Virus record (IMG/VR): IMGVR_UViG_3300009068_004979
Strand: one strand, 5' to 3'
Length of the DNA: 64,000 bases
From: a virus
The notes under the pieces are model-generated. The model had not been told where the DNA came from. It was given only the letters and a program-made list of their open reading frames with translations, and searched no databases. The position numbers and the translations under genes were made by a program. Shown here in pieces: positions 59,335-64,000 of this stretch; positions within the stretch are counted from its first letter, which is position 1, and the number at the start of each line of letters is the position of its first letter.

Positions 59335-60295
59335 TGTGCCGATCTGTGTACCACTGTATGGTACATAACATATTAGCTTCAAATAAATTTTCATCAACTG
59401 ACCAATCGAGCTCTTTGGATATTTTTTTAGAGCAAATTCTATAGGCTTGATCATGACCTTTTCTGTCTTCTACAAATGTGATTAAGTTCTCGCTTTTGCC
59501 GAGCATGTTGAGAATTAGCTTGATGATAGCGATGTTTGTATATTCACCAATTGTGCTAACGTTGTATATTTCGCCAGGTAAGCCCTCTAGAAAAACATTA
59601 AGAATAGCTCTGCAATGATCTTTAACATATATCCATTCACGTGTATTCGTGCCATTACCATACACAGGTATTTTTTTGTCACACAATGCATTCAGGATAA
59701 CTTTAGGCAGTAATTTTTCATGATGCTGATAGGGGCCATAGTTGTTGCTACACCTTGTAATATTCACATGCATACTATGTGTCTTGTAGTAGGACATTGC
59801 AAGCAAATCTGCAGATGCTTTAGATGCAGAGTATATAGAGCTAGGGTTTAACCTTTCGGTTTCGTCAAACATATCCATATCAGAAGCTGATCCATATACT
59901 TCATCAGTACTAATTTGCAGAAACTTCTTAATGTTATGCTTTTTGCTAAGTTCTAGCAAATTAAACGAACCTACAATATTGGAATAAACAAAAGGCTCTG
60001 GTCCTGAGATGCTATTATCTACATGGCTCTCAGCAGCTACATTAATGACACCGTCTATTTTATTATCATTAAAAATAGAACCAAGAGCCGCAGCATTTGC
60101 GATATCTACGTAGTAAAATTTAATTCTGTCTTCATTATGATTATTTTGTTGTGTAAACTTGCTAATATTTCGAGCATCTGCTGCATAGGAGAGTTTATCT
60201 GCTACAAGAATTCGATAATCTGTTTCCTTGAGAAGTAGCTCTAATAAATGAGTACCAATAAATCCACAGCCACCAGTAACAAGAACCGTTTTCAT
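59306..60295 (-). CDS. rmlB: dTDP/NDP-glucose 4,6-dehydratase
   Basis: TGGCGFIG, DKLSYA, AAESHVDNSI, STDEVYG, YSASK, RCSNNYGP.Q..EK, R.W.YV.DH, DRKGHD..Y. Confidence 0.95.
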   Translation of the reverse strand: MKTVLVTGGCGFIGTHLLELLLKETDYRILVADKLSYAADARNISKFTQQNNHNEDRIKFYYVDIANAAALGSIFNDNKIDGVINVAAESHVDNSISGPEPFVYSNIVGSFNLLELSKKHNIKKFLQISTDEVYGSASDMDMFDETERLNPSSIYSASKASADLLAMSYYKTHSMHVNITRCSNNYGPYQHHEKLLPKVILNALCDKKIPVYGNGTNTREWIYVKDHCRAILNVFLEGLPGEIYNVSTIGEYTNIAIIKLILNMLGKSENLITFVEDRKGHDQAYRICSKKISKELDWSVDENLFEANMLCTIQWYTDRHNENFYNQSS

Positions 60296-61155
60296 TATTT
60301 TTGTAGACTAAGAGCGCTAGCACAAAGCTCTATAGATTGACGAGCTTGAGGAAGTCTTAATCCTAATTTATCAATTTTTTCTGTAGATATAACACAGTTG
60401 GATCTATTGGCCTTGAGGCTCAGATGCTCTATTTCTACAAATTTCCAATTAGGATTCTGTAGGCCATATTCTTTTAAAATCAAAACTATTTGCTTGGCTT
60501 CAAGTGCAAAAGGATTAACAACATTATAAATGCCCGGGCTAGTAATATGGTATTGTTGATTAATAAATTTTTCAATAAAAACGCAAAAATCTTCTAAATT
60601 AGTCATGCTATTTTTATATGAAATTAAATTATCATAATTCAAGAGCTTATTAAGATAATTTCTTGGGGAATTATATTTGCAGAAAGGCATGCGCAGTCTG
60701 AATACTGTAGTATGTTTTTTATCTAAAGTAATTTCTGCCAGATGCTTGGATTTACTATATGTGCTACTCGAGGCAGTATATAATCCAAAATTTGGTACAT
60801 CTTCTTCTGTATAATCCTTTTCATATCCTGTATAAATGCAGCCACTAGAAATGTTGATAAAGGGAATGCTGCACTCTTTAGTTGCAAGCTCTAGAATAAT
60901 TGGCAGTACACTGTTATAAAGCATACATTTGTCTTTCTCGTTCTCACATGCATCGACATTAGGCTTGCCTGTCATGCCGGAACAGTTTATGACAACTCTT
61001 GGCTTTAGCTCTTGAATTTTTGCTTTGACTAAGCTTAGATTAAAATAATTAAACTCTGCATGAGACAAGCAAACAACCTTTGAGGATTTTGATTGTAGAT
61101 ATTTTGTTAAATGCAAGCCTACAAAGCCTTGCCCAAAGATGAGTATGTCAGTCAC
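60295..61155 (-). CDS. NDP-4-keto-6-deoxyglucose 3,5-epimerase/4-reductase (NRS/ER-type; RmlD-like SDR)
   Basis: GQGFVG, GMTGKPNVDACE, SGCIY, YSKSK, RLRMP, KLLNY, NSMT, GIYNVVNP, RSNC. Confidence 0.8.
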   Translation of the reverse strand: MTDILIFGQGFVGLHLTKYLQSKSSKVVCLSHAEFNYFNLSLVKAKIQELKPRVVINCSGMTGKPNVDACENEKDKCMLYNSVLPIILELATKECSIPFINISSGCIYTGYEKDYTEEDVPNFGLYTASSSTYSKSKHLAEITLDKKHTTVFRLRMPFCKYNSPRNYLNKLLNYDNLISYKNSMTNLEDFCVFIEKFINQQYHITSPGIYNVVNPFALEAKQIVLILKEYGLQNPNWKFVEIEHLSLKANRSNCVISTEKIDKLGLRLPQARQSIELCASALSLQK

Positions 61156-61161
61156 CCTAAT

Positions 61162-61189
61162 ATTATATGCAATTAATTACGAATCTCCA
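61162..61189 (-). promoter_or_regulatory. Sigma70-type promoter (rhamnose genes)
   Basis: TGGAGA-N16-TATAAT-N6-GTG. Confidence 0.55.
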
Positions 61190-61515
61190 GAGTCTTCTTT
61201 AGAATGCAGATGTGTAAAAAATTTATTAACTAGTGTTGCTAGTGAATCTGCTTCTTGTTGATTGTGTGCGAAAATTGTTTGCACAGGCTCACCTTCCATG
61301 GTGTAGCCTAGAATGATAAACGAGTTTAAAAACTCTTGAACTGTTTCAGTAAGAGCTGCTATATTCTGACGATTATGAGCCTTTTCTTTTATTTGATGCT
61401 GAAGAAATGTATTTAAAGCTCTCTTAGCCAATTCATTTACATCCTTGTTCTCACCAGGCTGAAAAGTTTCAGCACTATTCTTGGCTGACTTTTTGGATGG
61501 TTTCTTGTCTCTCAT
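61177..61515 (-). CDS. Hypothetical protein
   Basis: TAAATA-N6 places the start at the second ATG (61515). Confidence 0.55.
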   Translation of the reverse strand: MRDKKPSKKSAKNSAETFQPGENKDVNELAKRALNTFLQHQIKEKAHNRQNIAALTETVQEFLNSFIILGYTMEGEPVQTIFAHNQQEADSLATLVNKFFTHLHSKEDSGDS

Positions 61516-61873
61516 CATAATTATTTATTCTTTTAGACAAATAGCGAGTCTTACCTGGGTAGTCGGTGTTGTTTGAAACACCATGTTCTAACAAGAAACA
61601 AACAACAGATTCAATACTGTCTGTTTTTAAGCTAAAATTACGGGGAATTCTGTTGCCACCGTCATTGAGTTCGAACAATATTTCATCAAAATTCTCGCGA
61701 TTGAGATAACATGTAATGAACACAGAAGCGTCTGAAGGATTAACAATCACTGTCCACCGGCGAGAATCGTGTTTCGCATATACTGAGAAGACTCGGAGAA
61801 CAATGAATCCATTGTCTCTTAATCTTTTAATAAAATAACCTGGGGTACGTAGTTTGTTTTTGCTTATTTTCAT
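61475..61873 (-). CDS. Hypothetical protein
   Basis: 132 aa; TAATG-coupled to the sliding clamp gene. Confidence 0.6.
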   Translation of the reverse strand: MKISKNKLRTPGYFIKRLRDNGFIVLRVFSVYAKHDSRRWTVIVNPSDASVFITCYLNRENFDEILFELNDGGNRIPRNFSLKTDSIESVVCFLLEHGVSNNTDYPGKTRYLSKRINNYDERQETIQKVSQE

Positions 61874-62604
61874 TAGTTTAAAAGTGCCGATATAACAAAT
61901 TTAAGGCTGGTACTATCTAAATTCAAGTCGAAAAGTAATACACCCATCTTGCTCACTAGTTGTGCATTTATTGCTTTAAATTTCATTATGGATACAATTC
62001 TAATAATCTCAAAATTAAGAGGAATTGGATTTGCAAATTGTACACCATCGTAGTCATCAGCAATCTGAATACCATATGAATCGACATTAGGACGAGCTTT
62101 ATCTGTCAGTTCACCGAATATTTGCTTATCTTTAACAGACAAGTAGAGCTTATTTGTATCTGTAGTAATGACACTTCCTTTTACAAGATTTATAATTGAA
62201 CTATAAGGCAATGTAAATTTACCGTCAAAGTCTAGTGCTTTAAGTTTATCAATATTAAGCTTTGGTGTAGGAATAATACCATCATCATACAGGTGATATT
62301 TGAAACGTACGCTATCGGACTTGTATGCAATACAATTAGATGATATGTCGAGATCAAAGCTGGTTGCATCAATACAGGATATAATCCTACAAAGCTTCTT
62401 GATATCAGGTATATTTAAATCCTTGGATGCGTTTATATTGCTATCGGTAAACTCAGCATGAACAATAATATTATTATCGCTAGTAGAAAGTAAGGACGTG
62501 ACTTTACCTGGTGTAACTTTTAATGCTGCGCTATCTGTAACTTTGCTTATTGGAGATAAAAAATTATTTAAGAATTTATCCCTATCAGATATTTTAAGAA
62601 TCAT
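61873..62604 (-). CDS. gp45: Sliding clamp (T4 gp45/PCNA-like)
   Basis: 243 aa two-domain alpha/beta clamp pattern (LNIPDIKKL..I, FKYHL.D, C-terminal LKFVISAL); near gp32. Confidence 0.7.
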   Translation of the reverse strand: MILKISDRDKFLNNFLSPISKVTDSAALKVTPGKVTSLLSTSDNNIIVHAEFTDSNINASKDLNIPDIKKLCRIISCIDATSFDLDISSNCIAYKSDSVRFKYHLYDDGIIPTPKLNIDKLKALDFDGKFTLPYSSIINLVKGSVITTDTNKLYLSVKDKQIFGELTDKARPNVDSYGIQIADDYDGVQFANPIPLNFEIIRIVSIMKFKAINAQLVSKMGVLLFDLNLDSTSLKFVISALLN

Positions 62605-62611
62605 TTCTATA

Positions 62612-62639
62612 ATAATAAGCGTTTGATTTTGTTAATCAA
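62612..62639 (-). promoter_or_regulatory. Sigma70-type promoter (sliding clamp)
   Basis: TTGATT-N16-TATTAT-N7-ATG. Confidence 0.6.
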
Positions 62640-62647
62640 CTGCTTAG

Positions 62648-63079
62648 TTATGACTGGTCGGTTTTTTTTAAAGTACGCAAATTATTGATTGTCTCAATAA
62701 TTTTTTCAAGTCTTCTATCAATAGTATCAAGCCTATCAAAAATAAGCTTTGAATATGGGCAACTATCAAAATCAAACTCTAGCTGATTAGAATCGCTCTG
62801 TACAGGTGCAGCAACCGGTGCTGCAGCTACTGCAACTGGAGTATTGGGTATCGGTACCGGTTGTGGCGTTAGATTAAATGCAGGTGATTGCGGTGCAGCA
62901 GCTGGAGGTGCAATAGAGTTTAAAACTTTATGCGGATCAAGTGTAACACCTTGCAAGGTCTGATTTTTGCTAACAATATAGTTATCAAGTTGCTTGAGAT
63001 CTCCCATGTTCTGTCCCATGAAATTGAGCATAACGGATTTAAGCTCATCAGAGGATATGTCACGGAAAGTATCGCTCAT
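62648..63079 (-). CDS. Hypothetical Pro/Ala-linker protein with QLEFDF motif and C-terminal coiled coil
   Basis: 143 aa between gp32 and gp45. Confidence 0.55.
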   Translation of the reverse strand: MSDTFRDISSDELKSVMLNFMGQNMGDLKQLDNYIVSKNQTLQGVTLDPHKVLNSIAPPAAAPQSPAFNLTPQPVPIPNTPVAVAAAPVAAPVQSDSNQLEFDFDSCPYSKLIFDRLDTIDRRLEKIIETINNLRTLKKTDQS

Positions 63080-63089
63080 ATAATACTAA

Positions 63090-63944
63090 TTATAGATCTT
63101 TGAGAAGATTAGCAATAGATTCGTCTTCAACAACAGTTTCTTCCTTCTTAGGAGCAGTAGCTACTGGTGCCTTGACAACAGGTGTACTCTCTTTAATCGT
63201 TGTTAGAGCTGTACCATCAGAATTCTCAGTATCAGTCTTGCAGAAATAATGCTGATTAAGCATTTCCTTGAGATCATCATAACTCTTGACTGTTACATAA
63301 GATTCAAGATCAAATGCTGCTTTGTATACTTTGTCATAGTTATCTTCATCAAGACCTTCAACCTCTTTTGGTGAGGAGAACTTTGAAGATACATATGTAG
63401 GATAATCACCCTGCTTCTCTACCTTAATCTTAAGATTGACCCCTTTAGCAGATAAGTCAAAAATACGAGGGCCGAGCTCTGCAGCATCTTCACCTTCAAT
63501 ACCATCCATAATAATTTTGTGCAATTGTCTGCCAAAGCGAAGAATTTTAATCTTCCCGTTATGGTCTGCATTTACCGGATCATTAACAACATAGACATTT
63601 ACTAGCCAATTTTCAGTTCTGCGAATAACTTCTGCTTTCTTCTTCTCTTCTTCGGTTCCGTTGCGCAGAATACGATAGCGCTCTTCGGCAATAGGATCAC
63701 GCTGACTCCAGGTTGATGGGCTAACTGCGCTTACATACTTGCCTGTAGCATAGCTATTCCAGCCAAACGTATAATAATGAAAAAAGGTCTTTGCTGGATT
63801 CTTTACATTGGGTAGCAATCTTACTGTGTAGGTATTGCCGGACTCTGTCTTAATGTAATCCTTAAGCTTACTGCCTGTATTTTCGGTTTCTTTAGTTAAT
63901 GCACTCTTAATGCTTTCGAACATGGAACTTGTAAATGTACTCAT
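63090..63944 (-). CDS. gp32: Single-stranded DNA-binding protein (T4 gp32-like)
   Basis: TVRLLP, DPIAE, NVYVVNDP....GKIKI.RFG, FDL..G.N.KIK....YPTY..SKF, acidic tail. Confidence 0.9.
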   Translation of the reverse strand: MSTFTSSMFESIKSALTKETENTGSKLKDYIKTESGNTYTVRLLPNVKNPAKTFFHYYTFGWNSYATGKYVSAVSPSTWSQRDPIAEERYRILRNGTEEEKKKAEVIRRTENWLVNVYVVNDPVNADHNGKIKILRFGRQLHKIIMDGIEGEDAAELGPRIFDLSAKGVNLKIKVEKQGDYPTYVSSKFSSPKEVEGLDEDNYDKVYKAAFDLESYVTVKSYDDLKEMLNQHYFCKTDTENSDGTALTTIKESTPVVKAPVATAPKKEETVVEDESIANLLKDL

Positions 63945-63951
63945 ATGTATA

Positions 63952-63979
63952 ATAATATGTGCTTATTTGAATAGTTCAA
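63952..63979 (-). promoter_or_regulatory. Sigma70-type promoter (gp32)
   Basis: TTGAAC-N16-TATTAT-N7-ATG. Confidence 0.6.
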
Positions 63980-64000
63980 GCACTTTTTTGTAATAAACAT

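Noticed and set aside
14194-60238. Many 60-150 aa antisense or alternate-frame ORFs in the track (e.g. 41981-42433, 43978-44391, 49806-50165, 53831-54190)
   Set aside because: They lie wholly or mostly inside well-supported genes, have no recognisable motifs, and I noticed no promoter boxes at their starts.
63090-63944. gp32 lacking the T4 zinc-binding cysteines
   Set aside because: Zinc-free gp32 variants are known among T4-like phages, so this is not novel.
1-64000. Stop-codon reassignment, as in some large phages
   Set aside because: Genes are full-length and densely packed in the standard code; TAA, TGA and TAG all occur at plausible gene ends.
1-64000. tRNA, rRNA, CRISPR array, IS element, intron or intein
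   Set aside because: Intergenic gaps are all under about 80 nt, I saw no spaced repeats, and TerL, primase and clamp loader are of ordinary length without insertions.

Overview
This window is part of a large, AT-rich, T4-like myovirus genome read in the standard code, mostly on the minus strand. I saw no tRNA, rRNA, CRISPR array or mobile element. (1) 1-14274 is a dense tailoring-enzyme island. It holds a Fringe/GT31-like glycosyltransferase missed by the ORF track, three tandem Asp/Asn-beta-hydroxylase-like cupins, two GT8, one GT2, a degenerate GT2/GT7C-like and a GT-B-like protein. It also holds an AsnB-type amidotransferase, three N-terminal-twitch radical SAM enzymes, a possible LynF/PatF-type prenyltransferase, and a tail-fibre-assembly-like protein whose gene is coupled to one radical SAM gene. 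(2) 14308-35746 holds fibre, adhesin and baseplate genes, including a 7-blade FG-GAP propeller protein split by a -1 frameshift. (3) 35817-55544 holds clamp loader, dUTPase, putative TerS, hub, gp53, tape measure, tube, sheath, TerL and neck genes. (4) 55541-63944 holds primase, an RmlB plus NRS/ER-type rhamnose pair, sliding clamp and gp32 SSB. The leading hypothesis for a new system is phage-encoded post-translational decoration (hydroxylation, glycosylation, radical-SAM chemistry, amidation, possibly prenylation) of tail fibres or other virion proteins. A second signal is window-wide. TAAATA late boxes and TTGnnn-N16-TAnnnT promoters sit 5-7 nt before start codons with no obvious Shine-Dalgarno, which implies leaderless mRNAs and reveals a nested in-frame gene at 53784. 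All family calls come from motif recognition by eye, not database searches.
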